A stretch of DNA of 64,000 nt, taken from contig JAEEKZ010000018.1 in the NCBI GenBank assembly GCA_016288635.1, positions 8,650 through 72,649 on the forward strand, read 5' to 3'. Origin of the DNA: Bacillales bacterium (GTDB lineage Bacteria; Bacillota_I; Bacilli_A; RF39; UBA660). The notes beneath the pieces are model-generated. The model had not been told where the DNA came from and did not search any database. It was given only the letters and a program-made list of their open reading frames with translations. The translations under genes were made by a program, and so were the position numbers. The first letter of the stretch is position 1. Every line of letters begins with the position of its first letter. Below are positions 1 to 10,273 of this stretch, in pieces.

Positions 1-48
1 TTTGCATTAACTCGTAAATTTGGTGGACATGCCGGAAGTGATAAGTAG
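1..48 (+). CDS. rpsS: 30S ribosomal protein S19, 3' end only (gene begins upstream of window)
   Basis: Frame 1 reads ...FALTRKFGGHAGSDK* (TAG 46-48), which resembles the conserved S19 C-terminus. It sits directly upstream of rplV as in S10 operons. Confidence 0.8.
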   Translation, partial: FALTRKFGGHAGSDK

Positions 49-56
49 GAGGTACT

Positions 57-404
57 ATGGAAGCATATGCTATACACAAAGATGCTATGATTAAACCTAG
101 ACTTGCAAGAATGACTATGGATTTAATCAGAGGTAAAGATGTTGAAACTGCTAAAGGTATTCTAGAAACTACTAACACAAAAGCAAGTAGATTAATTATT
201 AAAGTTTTAAATTCTGCAGTAGCTAACGCTGTTAATAATAATGGTGCTAATGCTAGCGAATTAACTATCAAAGATTGCTATGTTAATCCTGGTAGAGTTT
301 TAAAAAGAATTCAATTTGCTTCTCGTGGAAATGTTGATAGACACGATAAGAGAACATCACATATTTATGTATGTGTAACTGATGGGAAAGGAGTAGAAGA
401 ATAA
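57..404 (+). CDS. rplV: 50S ribosomal protein L22
   Basis: 115 aa with L22-like sequence ([33 protein letters not shown]). SD AGGAGG lies upstream and the operon order fits. Confidence 0.95.
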   Translation: MEAYAIHKDAMIKPRLARMTMDLIRGKDVETAKGILETTNTKASRLIIKVLNSAVANAVNNNGANASELTIKDCYVNPGRVLKRIQFASRGNVDRHDKRTSHIYVCVTDGKGVEE

Positions 405-1084
405 TGGGACAAAAAGTTAATCCTATAGGATATAGACTTGGTGTTAATAAAGACTGGACAAGTAAATGGTATGCTGATTCTGATTATTCTGACAAATTAT
501 TAACTGATATTAAAATTAGAAGATTTGTAGAAAAGAATTTAAAAGATGCTGCTATAGCTTCTACAGTAATTGAAAGAAGAAAAAATCGTCTAGAAATTAC
601 TCTTTATACTGCTAAACCTGGTGTTATCATCGGACGTGGTGGAGAAGACATCGAAAAATTAAGAAATAAAATAAAGAAAGAAATTGGGGAAGAAGTACAT
701 ATTAATATAGTTGAGGAAAAGAATCCTGATTTAAATGCTAAATTAGTTGCTGATAATATTGCTCAACAAATTGAAGCTCGTGCACCATTTAGAATGGCTC
801 AAAAGAGAGCTATTAGAAATGCTATGAAAGCTGGAGCTAAAGGTATTAAGACTTGTGTATCTGGTAGATTAGGCGGAGCTGAAATGGCTAGAAGCGAAGG
901 ATATACAGAAGGAACTGTTCCTCTACATACTATTAGAGCTGATGTTGATTATGCTATAAGTGAAGCAAATACGACTTATGGTAAGATCGGTGTTAAAGTA
1001 TGGATTTACAAAAATGTAATTCTTCAAGCTAAGAATAAAGCAAAGAAGGAGGATGAAAACCATGTTGATGCCAAAGAGAACTAA
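404..1084 (+). CDS. rpsC: 30S ribosomal protein S3
   Basis: [14 protein letters not shown]-terminus, KH-like region and [12 protein letters not shown] motif. The start overlaps the rplV stop (TAATG). Confidence 0.96.
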   Translation: MGQKVNPIGYRLGVNKDWTSKWYADSDYSDKLLTDIKIRRFVEKNLKDAAIASTVIERRKNRLEITLYTAKPGVIIGRGGEDIEKLRNKIKKEIGEEVHINIVEEKNPDLNAKLVADNIAQQIEARAPFRMAQKRAIRNAMKAGAKGIKTCVSGRLGGAEMARSEGYTEGTVPLHTIRADVDYAISEANTTYGKIGVKVWIYKNVILQAKNKAKKEDENHVDAKEN

Positions 1085-1493
1085 ATATAGAAAATCTCAT
1101 AGATGGTCATATGATGGAAAAGCTAAAGGTAATATTAAATTAAATTTAGGTGATTATGGCCTAGTGGCTGAAGAGGGCGCATGGATTTCTGCTAAACAAA
1201 TAGAAGCAGCAAGAATCGCAATGACTCGTTTCATGAAACGTGGTGGTAATGTTTACATTAACATTTTCCCTCATATGCCTAGAACTAAGAAACCTCTTGA
1301 AGTACGTCAAGGAAAAGGAAAAGGTGACGTAAACGAGTGGGTTGCAGTTGTTAAAAAAGGAAAAATTATGTTTGAAGTTTCAGGTGTTACTGAGGACATA
1401 GCTCGTGAGGCTTTACGTCTTGCTTCTCATAAGGTTTCTGTTAAAACAAGATTCGTAATGAAAGAAAAGGATGGTGATTCTCTTGGAAATTAA
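1062..1493 (+). CDS. rplP: 50S ribosomal protein L16
   Basis: Canonical [12 protein letters not shown]-terminus from ATG 1062. The ORF-track start 1053 lies only 1 nt after SD AAGGAGG (1046-1052), so 1062 is preferred. Confidence 0.93.
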   Translation: MLMPKRTKYRKSHRWSYDGKAKGNIKLNLGDYGLVAEEGAWISAKQIEAARIAMTRFMKRGGNVYINIFPHMPRTKKPLEVRQGKGKGDVNEWVAVVKKGKIMFEVSGVTEDIAREALRLASHKVSVKTRFVMKEKDGDSLGN

Positions 1494-1683
1494 AGAATTA
1501 AGAAAATTATCTGATGCTGAATTAAACAAAAAGATAGTTGAAGCTAAAAGAGAATTATTCACAAAAAGAATGCAACAAGCTAATGGTAATTTAGAAAAAC
1601 CATCAGAATTAAAGAAATTAAGAAAAGATGTTGCGAGAATGAAAACAATTTTAAGTGAAAGAACTTTAGGAGGGAATAAATAA
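1471..1683 (+). CDS. rpmC: 50S ribosomal protein L29
   Basis: [24 protein letters not shown] is the typical L29 helix. The exact start is uncertain (ATG 1471, GTG 1474 or TTG 1483) and overlaps the rplP 3' end. Confidence 0.88.
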   Translation: MVILLEIKELRKLSDAELNKKIVEAKRELFTKRMQQANGNLEKPSELKKLRKDVARMKTILSERTLGGNK

Positions 1684-1940
1684 TGGCTGATGTTAGACAA
1701 GAATTCGTTGGTAGAGTAGTTAGTTCTACTAATGATAAAACTATTACTGTTTTAGTTGAAACACAAAAGAAACATTCATTATATGGAAAACGTGTTAAAT
1801 ATTCTAAGAAATACGCAGCACATGATCCTGAAAATAAAGCAAAAGTAGGAGATACAGTTAGAATTAGAATGACTAAACCTATTTCTAAAACTAAGAGATA
1901 TGAATTAGTAGATATTCTAAAAGAAGCTGTTATTCTTTAG
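1683..1940 (+). CDS. rpsQ: 30S ribosomal protein S17
   Basis: 85 aa with [19 protein letters not shown] and [19 protein letters not shown], typical of S17. TAATG overlap with rpmC. Confidence 0.95.
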   Translation: MADVRQEFVGRVVSSTNDKTITVLVETQKKHSLYGKRVKYSKKYAAHDPENKAKVGDTVRIRMTKPISKTKRYELVDILKEAVIL

Positions 1941-1951
1941 GAGGTACTATT

Positions 1952-2320
1952 ATGGTTAGTCAAGAAACAAGATTAAAAGTTGCTGATAATACTGGTGCTA
2001 GAGAATTACTTGTAATTAGAGTTATGGGTGGTTCAAAAGTTAAGTTTGCTAATATTGGTGACGTAGTAGTTGGAACTGTTAAAAAAGCTATACCTAATAG
2101 TTCAGTACCTGAAGGTAAAGTTGTTAAAGCTGTTATCGTTAGATCTAAACAAGGTGTTAGACGTAAAGATGGTTCTTATATCAAATTTGATGATAATGCA
2201 TGTGTATTAATCAGAGAAGATAAAACTCCAATTGGTACTCGTGTATTAGGACCAGTTGCTAGAGAACTAAGAGATAAAGAATACATGAAGATTGTATCTT
2301 TAGCTCCTGAGGTTTTATAG
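1952..2320 (+). CDS. rplN: 50S ribosomal protein L14
   Basis: 122 aa with [20 protein letters not shown], the L14 signature. SD AGGAGG upstream. Confidence 0.96.
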   Translation: MVSQETRLKVADNTGARELLVIRVMGGSKVKFANIGDVVVGTVKKAIPNSSVPEGKVVKAVIVRSKQGVRRKDGSYIKFDDNACVLIREDKTPIGTRVLGPVARELRDKEYMKIVSLAPEVL

Positions 2321-2328
2321 GAGGATAT

Positions 2329-2664
2329 ATGAAAGTTAAAGTAGGAGATACTGTATTAGTAATTGCCGGAAAAGATAAAGGCAAACAAGGTAAAGTAATT
2401 AAAACTTTAAAAGCTGATAGTAAAGTTGTAGTTGAAGGTATTAACATTGTTAAGAAACATGCTAAACCTAGATATACTAATGAATCTGGTTCTATCATGG
2501 AAATTGAAGCTCCAATTCATGTATCTAATGTTAAAGTAGTAACTGAAGCTAAAAAAGCAGAAAAGAAAGTTGAAAAGAAAGCTGAAAAACCAGCTGAAAA
2601 GAAAACTGAGAAAAAAGTAGAAAAGAAAGCTACAAAGAAAACAAGTAAAAAGGACGGTGAATAA
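2329..2664 (+). CDS. rplX: 50S ribosomal protein L24 with Lys-rich C-terminal extension
   Basis: KOW-type N-terminus [23 protein letters not shown]. The C-terminal ~40 aa are (A/V)EKK repeats. Confidence 0.93.
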   Translation: MKVKVGDTVLVIAGKDKGKQGKVIKTLKADSKVVVEGINIVKKHAKPRYTNESGSIMEIEAPIHVSNVKVVTEAKKAEKKVEKKAEKPAEKKTEKKVEKKATKKTSKKDGE

Positions 2665-2666
2665 TT

Positions 2667-3206
2667 ATGAGTAACTATAAAACTTTATATAATGATAAAA
2701 TCGTTAAAGAATTAACTAAAGAATATGGCTATTCAACAATTATGGCTGTTCCTAAGTTAGAAAAGATTGTTATCAACATGGGTGTTGGTGATGGTGCTAA
2801 AGATGAAAAATTCCTTACAGCTGCTGTAAAGGATTTAGAAGCTATCACTGGTCAAAAACCTGTTATAACAAAAGCTCGTAAATCTATTGCAGGATTCAAA
2901 ATTCGTGAAGGACAAAACATTGGTGTTAAAGTTACTTTAAGAGGAGAAAACATGTATTATTTCATGGAAAAATTAATTAAAGTTGCTTTACCTCGTGTAA
3001 GAGACTTCCGTGGTGTATCTGATAGATCATTTGATGGAAGAGGAAATTATACTTTAGGAATTAAAGAACAATTAATTTTCCCTGAAATTGAATATGATAA
3101 TGTTGTTAAAGTACGTGGTATGGATATTATATTTGTTACTACTGCTGCAACAAATCAAGAAGCTAAGAGTTTATTAAAGGCATTTGGTATGCCATTTAAG
3201 AATTAA
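2667..3206 (+). CDS. rplE: 50S ribosomal protein L5
   Basis: 179 aa with [13 protein letters not shown] and [16 protein letters not shown] motifs. Confidence 0.96.
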   Translation: MSNYKTLYNDKIVKELTKEYGYSTIMAVPKLEKIVINMGVGDGAKDEKFLTAAVKDLEAITGQKPVITKARKSIAGFKIREGQNIGVKVTLRGENMYYFMEKLIKVALPRVRDFRGVSDRSFDGRGNYTLGIKEQLIFPEIEYDNVVKVRGMDIIFVTTAATNQEAKSLLKAFGMPFKN

Positions 3207-3220
3207 GGAGGATATGTTTT

Positions 3221-3406
3221 ATGGCAAAGAAAAGTTTAATCGTTAAAAATAGTAGAAAACCTAAATTCAGCACTAGAGCATATACTCGTTGTTCAAGATG
3301 TGGTAGACCTCATGCTGTACTTAGAAAATATGGAATTTGTCGTATTTGCTTTAGAGAATTAGCAAATAATGGTGAATTACCAGGTGTAAAGAAATCAAGT
3401 TGGTAA
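3221..3406 (+). CDS. rpsZ: 30S ribosomal protein S14 type Z (zinc-binding)
   Basis: 61 aa with CSRCGRP...CRIC, giving four Cys in the short S14 form. Confidence 0.95.
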   Translation: MAKKSLIVKNSRKPKFSTRAYTRCSRCGRPHAVLRKYGICRICFRELANNGELPGVKKSSW

Positions 3407-3424
3407 GAAGGAGGATAGTTTAGT

Positions 3425-3820
3425 ATGTTTGTACAAGATAAAATAGCTGATATGTTAACAAGAATCAGAAATGCTAATCAAATGAAGTACAAGACAGTTG
3501 ATGTTATTGGTACTAAGATGACTAAAGCAATTGCTGATATCATGAAAAGCGAAGGTTACATTGAAGACTATACATATGTTAGTAATAAAAACGGTGACGT
3601 TATGACATTAACATTAAAGTATAGTGGTAAAGAAAGAGTAATCCAAGGATTAAAACGCATTAGTAAAAGTGGTTTAAGAGTATATGCTAAAACTGAAGAA
3701 CTTCCTCGTGTTTTAAATGGACTTGGTATTGCAATAATCTCTACTTCAGAAGGTCTTATGACTGATAAAGAAGCTAGAGCTAAAGGGTTAGGAGGCGAAG
3801 TACTTGCCTATATTTGGTAA
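3425..3820 (+). CDS. rpsH: 30S ribosomal protein S8
   Basis: 131 aa with [15 protein letters not shown]-terminus and [10 protein letters not shown]-terminus. Confidence 0.96.
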   Translation: MFVQDKIADMLTRIRNANQMKYKTVDVIGTKMTKAIADIMKSEGYIEDYTYVSNKNGDVMTLTLKYSGKERVIQGLKRISKSGLRVYAKTEELPRVLNGLGIAIISTSEGLMTDKEARAKGLGGEVLAYIW

Positions 3821-3828
3821 GGTTTTAT

Positions 3829-4368
3829 ATGAGTAGAATCGGAAATAGAAAATTAACCCTTGCTGATGGAGTTACTGCAACAGTTGAAGGAAATAAAATC
3901 ACTGTTAAAGGATCTAAAGGCGAATTAAGTTATAATTTTAGTAATTTAATTGAAGTAAAAGTTGAAGATGGAGCTGTTACAACAACTCAAAAGAAAGAAA
4001 CTAAAGAAGCAAATGTTATGCAAGGAACTACTAATTCATTAATCAAGAATATGATTGATGGTGTTAGTAAAGGTTTCGAAAAGGGATTGGAAGCAGTTGG
4101 TGTTGGTTATAGATTTGCTGTTTCAGGTAAAAAGATAACTATTAATGCTGGTTATTCAAATCCAGTTGAAGTTGCTGTTCCAGATGATATTACTGTTGAA
4201 TTAGTAAACAATACTGAAATTCTTATTAAAGGTATTGATAAACAAAAAGTATCTGAATTTGCGGCTAATGTTCGTAAAGTAAGAATGCCAGAACCTTATA
4301 AGGGTAAAGGAATTCGTTATAAAGGTGAACATATTCGTCGTAAAGAAGGTAAGAAAGCTGCTAAATAG
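3829..4368 (+). CDS. rplF: 50S ribosomal protein L6
   Basis: [10 protein letters not shown]-terminus from ATG 3829. The ORF-track start 3814 is a TTG inside the rpsH 3' end. Confidence 0.94.
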   Translation: MSRIGNRKLTLADGVTATVEGNKITVKGSKGELSYNFSNLIEVKVEDGAVTTTQKKETKEANVMQGTTNSLIKNMIDGVSKGFEKGLEAVGVGYRFAVSGKKITINAGYSNPVEVAVPDDITVELVNNTEILIKGIDKQKVSEFAANVRKVRMPEPYKGKGIRYKGEHIRRKEGKKAAK

Positions 4369-4379
4369 GAGGTACATGT

Positions 4380-4736
4380 ATGATTAAGAAAGAAGCTAAT
4401 AATAAAGCTCGTGTTTTTAGACACAAGAGAGTTAGAAAAAATATTTCTGGTACTAAAGAATGCCCAAGATTAGACATCTTTAGATCAAATAAAGAAATCT
4501 ATGCTCAAGTAATCGATGATGTTACTGGTACTACTTTAGCATCTTCTTCAAGTTTAACTTTAAAACTTAAGAATGGTGGTAATGTTGAAGCTGCTAAAGA
4601 AGTAGGTAAGGACATTGCTAAAAAATGTAAAGAATTAAAAATCAAAACTGTAGTATTCGATCGTGGAGGTTATTTATTCCATGGTAGAGTTGCTGCTGTT
4701 GCTGAAGCTGCCAGAGAAGCAGGATTGGAATTCTAG
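4380..4736 (+). CDS. rplR: 50S ribosomal protein L18
   Basis: 118 aa with [12 protein letters not shown] and [28 protein letters not shown]. Confidence 0.96.
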   Translation: MIKKEANNKARVFRHKRVRKNISGTKECPRLDIFRSNKEIYAQVIDDVTGTTLASSSSLTLKLKNGGNVEAAKEVGKDIAKKCKELKIKTVVFDRGGYLFHGRVAAVAEAAREAGLEF

Positions 4737-4744
4737 GAGGACTT

Positions 4745-5254
4745 ATGAGAAAAGATAAAGAAAAAACTGAACAAAAGAAAAATTTATTAGAAGAAAAAGT
4801 CATCCATATTGGTAGGGTAACAAAAGTTACCAAAGGTGGTAGACACTTTCGTTTCTCTGCAACAGTTGCTGTAGGAAATAGAAAAGGTTTAGTTGGAATT
4901 GGTTCTGGTAAGTCTAACGAAGTACCTGAAGCAATTAAGAAAGCTTTACAAGCTGCTAATAAGAATGTAGTAAAAGTATCTTTAATAGATAATCGTACTA
5001 TTCCACATGAAGCTAGATGTAAAGTTGGTAGAGCTGACATTTTATTAAAGCCTGCTAAAGAAGGACGCGGAATCATCGCTGGTGGTGCTGCTCGTGCTGT
5101 TCTTGAACTTGCTGGTGTAAGAGATGTAGTTGCTAAGTCTCTTGGTTCAAATACTCAAGAGAATGTTGCTAAAGCTACATTAGCTGGTTTAGTATCACAA
5201 AGAACTCCTGAACATATAGCTGAACTTCGTGGAAAGAAAGTTGAGGAGTTATAA
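4745..5254 (+). CDS. rpsE: 30S ribosomal protein S5
   Basis: 169 aa with [22 protein letters not shown] and [18 protein letters not shown]. Confidence 0.96.
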   Translation: MRKDKEKTEQKKNLLEEKVIHIGRVTKVTKGGRHFRFSATVAVGNRKGLVGIGSGKSNEVPEAIKKALQAANKNVVKVSLIDNRTIPHEARCKVGRADILLKPAKEGRGIIAGGAARAVLELAGVRDVVAKSLGSNTQENVAKATLAGLVSQRTPEHIAELRGKKVEEL

Positions 5255-5255
5255 G

Positions 5256-5699
5256 ATGAAATTAGAGAATTTACCAAAGACAAAAGAATTAAAATCTATT
5301 AAAAGAGTAGGTCGTGGACCTGGATCTGGAATGGGTAAAACATCTACACGTGGAGAAAAAGGTCAAAAAGCTAGAAGTGGTGCTAGTATTAAACCTTGGT
5401 TCCAAGGTGGACAAACTCCTTTATATAGAAGACTTCCTAAGAGAGGATTCAATAATAAAGAGTTTGAAACTGTTTATGCAACAATCAATGTTGAAGATTT
5501 AAATAAATTCTTCAAAGACGGAGATGTTGTTACTCCTGAAGTATTAAAAGAAAGAGGAATAATAAAGAAGGAATTAGGTGGTATTAAAGTTTTAGGTAGT
5601 GGTTCTTTAGAAAAGAAATTGACTGTTAAAGCTCATAGATTTTCTAGTAGCGCTGTTACTAAAATTGAAAATGCCGGTGGCAATACTGAGGTGATCTAA
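5256..5699 (+). CDS. rplO: 50S ribosomal protein L15
   Basis: MKLENLP...[17 protein letters not shown] from ATG 5256, with SD GAGGAG at 5243-5248. It starts 1 nt after the rpsE stop, leaving no room for rpmD. Confidence 0.94.
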   Translation: MKLENLPKTKELKSIKRVGRGPGSGMGKTSTRGEKGQKARSGASIKPWFQGGQTPLYRRLPKRGFNNKEFETVYATINVEDLNKFFKDGDVVTPEVLKERGIIKKELGGIKVLGSGSLEKKLTVKAHRFSSSAVTKIENAGGNTEVI

Positions 5700-6970
5700 T
5701 GTTTCGTGGAATAGCCCAGATTTTCAGCAAATCTAATAAAGATTTGAGAAAAAGAATATATTTGACAATGTTATGCTTAGGAATATTTTGTATGGGTACA
5801 ACCATTACTATTCCTTGGGCATCAGCTGTATATAAAGAATTGGGTTTCTTGGAAATATTTAATATTATGAGTGGTGGAGGATTAAGAAACTTTTCAATCT
5901 TCGCATTAGGAGTTTCTCCTTACATTACTGCATCAATCATAACACAATTGCTACAAATGGATATTATTCCATACTTTAGTGATTTAAAAGACCAAGGATA
6001 TGTTGGCCGACAAAAAATGAGTAAAATAACTAGATATTTAGGTATATTTATTGGATTCGTTCAAGCTTATGCTTTATCTGTATTCTATATGAGTGGAGCA
6101 GATACAATGACTATACTTAAAACGGCTTTAGTTATGACTGCTGGTACAGCATTCTGTTTATGGATGGGCGACCAAATTACTACAAAAGGTATTGGTAATG
6201 GTCAATCTATGATCATTATGGCAGGTATTATTCAAAGTATGCCAACAATTTTCACAAGTGCCTATAAAACATTTATTGTTGGAGAGACATTTGCTAGTTG
6301 GTTGGGTGTATTATTATTTATAATATTCCTATTAAGTTATGTATTAATTATAGTTGGAATTGTTTGGATTCAACTTGCTGAAAGAAGAATTCCTATTCAA
6401 TATGCTAATAGAACAAATGGTGCATATGGCGGACAACAAAGTTATTTACCAGTTAAATTAAATTCAGCTGGTGTAATTCCTGTTATCTTTGCATCAATTG
6501 TTACAACAATTCCTGGAACTATAGCAGCATTATTTGATAAAGGAACTGGAGCTGCTTCAACCTTTATTAATAATTATATTGTTTATACATCTACAACAGG
6601 ATTTATTCTATATTTAGTATTAATATTTATATTTGGATATTTCTATACTATATTAACTTTAAATCCTACAGAGATGGCAAAAGATTTAAATGAACGTGGT
6701 GGATATATTCCTGGTGTAAGACCTGGAACTGATACTACAGAATATATTGGATCTTCAATTGGTAAACTTACTGTTGTTGGTAACATATTCTTAATGTTAC
6801 TTGCTGCACTACCAATTATCGTTTCAAAGATTAGTTCATTAGATAGTAGTATTACTATTGGAGGAACTGGTATGTTAATCGTTGTTGGTGTTGCTATTGA
6901 AACATATAAACAACTTGAAAGTAGTTTACTAAGCAGAAGTTATTCTGAGAAGAGAAAGAGATTAAGATAA
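5699..6970 (+). CDS. secY: preprotein translocase subunit SecY
   Basis: 423 aa, about 10 TM helices, with SIFALGVSPYITASIITQLL and GGYIPGVRPG motifs. Canonical position after rplO. Confidence 0.95.
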   Translation: MFRGIAQIFSKSNKDLRKRIYLTMLCLGIFCMGTTITIPWASAVYKELGFLEIFNIMSGGGLRNFSIFALGVSPYITASIITQLLQMDIIPYFSDLKDQGYVGRQKMSKITRYLGIFIGFVQAYALSVFYMSGADTMTILKTALVMTAGTAFCLWMGDQITTKGIGNGQSMIIMAGIIQSMPTIFTSAYKTFIVGETFASWLGVLLFIIFLLSYVLIIVGIVWIQLAERRIPIQYANRTNGAYGGQQSYLPVKLNSAGVIPVIFASIVTTIPGTIAALFDKGTGAASTFINNYIVYTSTTGFILYLVLIFIFGYFYTILTLNPTEMAKDLNERGGYIPGVRPGTDTTEYIGSSIGKLTVVGNIFLMLLAALPIIVSKISSLDSSITIGGTGMLIVVGVAIETYKQLESSLLSRSYSEKRKRLR

Positions 6971-6972
6971 GA

Positions 6973-7626
6973 ATGAAAAGTGTCATATTTATTGCACCAC
7001 CTGCTGCAGGTAAGGGTACACAAAGTAGTATTCTAATGGAAAACTATGGATATACTCATATTTCAACAGGTGATATGTTAAGAGAAGAGATTAGTAATAA
7101 TACTTCTTTGGGGGTTAAGGCAAACGAAATTATGGCAAAGGGTGGACTTGTTGATGATGAAATCATTATTGGAATGGTTGAAAACAAGTTAAATAGTGTA
7201 AAAGGTAAACCATTTATTTTAGATGGTTTTCCTAGAACGCTAAATCAAGCAAAAGCGTTAGATAGTTTACTTGCTAAATTAAATATTGAAGATATTAAAG
7301 TTATTTATATTGATTTAGATTTAGAAACCGCTTTAAAGAGAACTTTAGGTAGAGTTACATGTACTAAATGTGGAGCGTCATTCAATTTGAATAATCCAGA
7401 TTGTATGCCTAAAGTTAAAGGTATATGCGACAATTGTCAAGGTGAGTTAGTTGTTCGTGAAGATGATAATGAAGAATCATTTAGAAATCGTTTCGAAACA
7501 TTTATTAATAACACTAAGCCTATTGTTGATTATTATAAGGAACATAATAATTTGGCAATCATTGAGCCAAATAATGACAAAATGGTTGTTGCTACAATGA
7601 TAAAAGATATTTTGAATTGTGAGTAA
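6973..7626 (+). CDS. adk: adenylate kinase (Zn-lid type)
   Basis: P-loop APPAAGKGTQ, GDMLRE, and a lid with CTKCG...CDNC. Confidence 0.95.
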   Translation: MKSVIFIAPPAAGKGTQSSILMENYGYTHISTGDMLREEISNNTSLGVKANEIMAKGGLVDDEIIIGMVENKLNSVKGKPFILDGFPRTLNQAKALDSLLAKLNIEDIKVIYIDLDLETALKRTLGRVTCTKCGASFNLNNPDCMPKVKGICDNCQGELVVREDDNEESFRNRFETFINNTKPIVDYYKEHNNLAIIEPNNDKMVVATMIKDILNCE

Positions 7627-7732
7627 TAATTTTAGAATAAGTAAGGATATCCCGATCTACTTATGGGGTTCCTTATAATATTACTAGAAACTAGTAAGTC
7701 GCTAAAGCTATACTTTACGGGAGAGTGATATA

Positions 7733-7957
7733 ATGGCAAAGAAAAATAGTGACAAAATTGAAGTAGAAGGTAAGGTTGTTGAGGTATTAAAAGGCAGCGA
7801 TTATGTTGTCGAATTACCGAACGGTCACACTGTAAAAGCCTACGTTTCTGGTAAAATGCGTATTCATATGATACGTATTTTACCAGGTGATACCGTTACA
7901 GTTGAGTTATCACCTTACGATTTAACACGTGGGATTATAACATGGAATAAGAGATAA
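7733..7957 (+). CDS. infA: translation initiation factor IF-1
   Basis: 74 aa S1-like fold with [11 protein letters not shown]...[28 protein letters not shown]. Confidence 0.95.
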   Translation: MAKKNSDKIEVEGKVVEVLKGSDYVVELPNGHTVKAYVSGKMRIHMIRILPGDTVTVELSPYDLTRGIITWNKR

Positions 7958-7970
7958 ATGGAGGTATATT

Positions 7971-8084
7971 ATGAAAGTTAGACCATCAGTTAAGAAAATC
8001 TGTAAAAAATGTAAAATAATTAGAAGAAATGGAAAAGTTATGGTAATTTGTGAAAATCCAAAACATAAACAAAGACAAGGTTAG
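7971..8084 (+). CDS. rpmJ: 50S ribosomal protein L36 (not in ORF track; below size cutoff)
   Basis: My manual translation gives [44 protein letters not shown] is 6 nt upstream and the gene lies between infA and rpsM as expected. Confidence 0.92.
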   Translation: MKVRPSVKKICKKCKIIRRNGKVMVICENPKHKQRQG

Positions 8085-8095
8085 GAGGAGTAAAT

Positions 8096-8470
8096 ATGGC
8101 AAGAATTAAAAACGTTGAATTACCTGGTGAGAAACATACTTGTATAGGTCTTACTGCAATTTATGGTATAGGAAGAAGCTTAGCTAAAACAATTTGTGAA
8201 AAAACTGGAGTTAATCCTGCAAAAAAAATTAAAGATTTAACTGAAACTGAAATTACTGCATTACGTAAAGAAATCGATAATCATTTAGTTGAAGGTGACT
8301 TACGTAGAGAAGTACAAATGAGTATTAAAAATAAAATGGAAATTGGATCTTATGAAGGCGTTAGACATAAAAAAGGTTTACCTGTTAGAGGTCAAAGAAC
8401 TAATAGAAACGCTCATACTCGTAAGGGTAGAGGTAAAGTAGTTGCTAATAAGAAGAAAGTTTCTAAGTAG
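8096..8470 (+). CDS. rpsM: 30S ribosomal protein S13
   Basis: 124 aa with [14 protein letters not shown]...[12 protein letters not shown]. Confidence 0.96.
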   Translation: MARIKNVELPGEKHTCIGLTAIYGIGRSLAKTICEKTGVNPAKKIKDLTETEITALRKEIDNHLVEGDLRREVQMSIKNKMEIGSYEGVRHKKGLPVRGQRTNRNAHTRKGRGKVVANKKKVSK

Positions 8471-8483
8471 GAGGTAGTTAGTT

Positions 8484-8867
8484 ATGGCATATAATAGAAG
8501 AAAAAAGAAAGCTAAAACAACTGTTGTTGAAGCAGAAGCACATATTCATTCAACATATAATAATACTATTGTAACAATATCTGACCATGAAGGAAACGCA
8601 ATTAGTTGGTCTTCAGCTGGTAGAATTGGTTACAAAGGAAGCAAGAAGAAAACTCCATTTGCTGCTGGTATGACTGCAGAAGCTGCAGGACAAGCTGCAA
8701 TTGACCTTGGTGTTAAGAAGGTTGATGTTTATGTAAAAGGTCTAGGCCCAGGTAGAGAAAATGCAATTCGTTCATTACAAGCTGCTGGACTTGAAATCAC
8801 AAGTATTATTGATGAAACTCCAGTTCCTCATAATGGATGTCGTCCACCTAAGAGACCTAGAAATTAA
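8484..8867 (+). CDS. rpsK: 30S ribosomal protein S11
   Basis: 127 aa with [16 protein letters not shown] and [15 protein letters not shown]. Confidence 0.96.
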   Translation: MAYNRRKKKAKTTVVEAEAHIHSTYNNTIVTISDHEGNAISWSSAGRIGYKGSKKKTPFAAGMTAEAAGQAAIDLGVKKVDVYVKGLGPGRENAIRSLQAAGLEITSIIDETPVPHNGCRPPKRPRN

Positions 8868-8891
8868 TTTAAAGAAAGGATTGAATAGTAT

Positions 8892-9836
8892 ATGGTAAAA
8901 TTTGAAAAGCCTGATTATAAAATAACAGAATATATTGAAAGTAATCATTTTGGAAAATTTGAATTAGATCCACTAGAAAGAGGATTTGGTACTACAATTG
9001 GTAATGCTTTAAGAAGAGTAATGTTATCTAGTTTACCTGGTAGTGCAATTACAAGTGTTAAAATTGACGGTGTTCTTCATGAATTTCAAAAAATTGAAGG
9101 AATTATCGAAGATGTTACAACAATTATTCTTAACTTAAAGAAAGTTGTTGTTAAAAATCATACAAATGATGTCGTTACTTTAAGACTTTCAAAGAATGTT
9201 GAGGGTGAGGTTACAGCAGGCGATTTTGAAAAGAATCCTGATGTTGAAATTATGAATCCTGAATTGGTTCTTTGTACATTAGTTAAAGGCGGTAAAATTA
9301 ATATGGAAGTTACTGTTAATAATGGTAATGGATTTGTTGATTCTAAGACAAATAAATTATTAATGGGTAACGTACCAGCTGGTGTTATTTCAATTGATTC
9401 TAATTACTCACCAATCGAATATGTTAAATACGATGTTGAAGATACTCGTGTTGGACAAAATGAGAATTATGATAAATTAATCATGGAAGTTGCTACTGAC
9501 GGATCAATGTCTCCTGAAGAAGCTATGGCACTTGCTGCAAAAATCTTAATTGAACATTTTAATATTATTACTGACTTAAATTCAATTAGTGATATGTCTG
9601 GAATAATGCAAGAAAAGAAAGTAGATACAATTACTAAGAAGTTAGAAACACCTATTGAGGAAGTTGAATTCTCAGTTCGTGCATATAACTGCTTAAAACG
9701 TGCTAATATCCATACTATTCAAGATTTAGTAGACAAAAGAGAAGTTGAAGTTACTAAGATTAGAAACTTAGGAAAGAAATCTTTAAAAGAAGTTATTGAT
9801 AAAGTTTCTGAATTAGGACTTTCATTTAAGGAGTAG
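8892..9836 (+). CDS. rpoA: DNA-directed RNA polymerase alpha subunit
   Basis: 314 aa with an N-terminal dimerisation domain (LERGFGTTIGNALRRVMLSSLPG) and a C-terminal domain (EEVEFSVRAYNCLKRANIHTIQDL). Confidence 0.96.
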   Translation: MVKFEKPDYKITEYIESNHFGKFELDPLERGFGTTIGNALRRVMLSSLPGSAITSVKIDGVLHEFQKIEGIIEDVTTIILNLKKVVVKNHTNDVVTLRLSKNVEGEVTAGDFEKNPDVEIMNPELVLCTLVKGGKINMEVTVNNGNGFVDSKTNKLLMGNVPAGVISIDSNYSPIEYVKYDVEDTRVGQNENYDKLIMEVATDGSMSPEEAMALAAKILIEHFNIITDLNSISDMSGIMQEKKVDTITKKLETPIEEVEFSVRAYNCLKRANIHTIQDLVDKREVEVTKIRNLGKKSLKEVIDKVSELGLSFKE

Positions 9837-9841
9837 AAATT

Positions 9842-10180
9842 ATGTATAGAAAATTAGGAAGAGAAACAAGACAAAGAAGAAGCATTTTAGCTGGATTAAC
9901 TAAAGATGTTATTAGATATGGTTATGTTGTTACTACTGAAGAAAGAGCTAAAGAAGTTCGTAAATTCGTTGACAAGATGATAACTTATGGAAAGAGAAAA
10001 ACATTAGTTAATCGTAGAAAAGCACTTGCATTTTTACATAATGATTCTGAATTAGTTGCTAAGATTTTTAATGAATTAGCTCCTAAGTATGAAACTAGAA
10101 ATGGTGGATATACAAGAATTATTAAATTAACTGAACGTCGTGGAGATGACGCTCTACAAGTTAGATTAGAATTAGTATAG
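9842..10180 (+). CDS. rplQ: 50S ribosomal protein L17
   Basis: 112 aa with YRKLGRETRQRRSIL...GGYTRIIKL. Confidence 0.95.
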   Translation: MYRKLGRETRQRRSILAGLTKDVIRYGYVVTTEERAKEVRKFVDKMITYGKRKTLVNRRKALAFLHNDSELVAKIFNELAPKYETRNGGYTRIIKLTERRGDDALQVRLELV

Positions 10181-10200
10181 TTTAAACTATACTTTTTTTA
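10174..10200 (+). terminator. intrinsic terminator after rplQ
   Basis: Perfect 7-bp stem AGTATAG/CTATACT (10174-10180 / 10187-10193), 6-nt loop, then T6. AT-rich stem. Confidence 0.55.
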
Positions 10201-10210
10201 TTTTATAAAA

Positions 10211-10237
10211 TTAGCACTTGATATTGACGAGTGCTAA
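10211..10237 (+). promoter_or_regulatory. CIRCE element (HrcA operator) upstream of clpB
   Basis: TTAGCACTT-N9-GAGTGCTAA versus consensus TTAGCACTC-N9-GAGTGCTAA, with one mismatch. It overlaps the -35 box. Confidence 0.85.
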
Positions 10238-10252
10238 TTGGTGTAGTATAAT
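10224..10252 (+). promoter_or_regulatory. sigma-A type promoter of clpB
   Basis: TTGACG (10224-10229), 17 nt, TATAAT (10247-10252), about 20 nt upstream of the clpB ATG. Confidence 0.7.
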
Positions 10253-10273
10253 GTCACCGAAAGGGATGATTAT

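Noticed and set aside
1413-1700. 95-aa minus-strand ORF opposite rplP/rpmC. Similar antisense ORFs occur at 2259-2498 and 4642-5076.
   Set aside because: They lie entirely inside highly conserved ribosomal protein genes on the other strand. Their composition is low-complexity and there is no SD. They are typical shadow ORFs of AT-rich DNA.
5314-5502. Alternative-frame plus-strand ORF inside rplO. Similar cases are 21218-21466 in femAB, 27419-27607 in argS, 32127-32315 in rpmE and 45639-45842 in the VirB6-like gene.
   Set aside because: They overlap confidently assigned genes in another frame. Their Lys/Leu/Met-rich translations are typical of out-of-frame AT-rich sequence.
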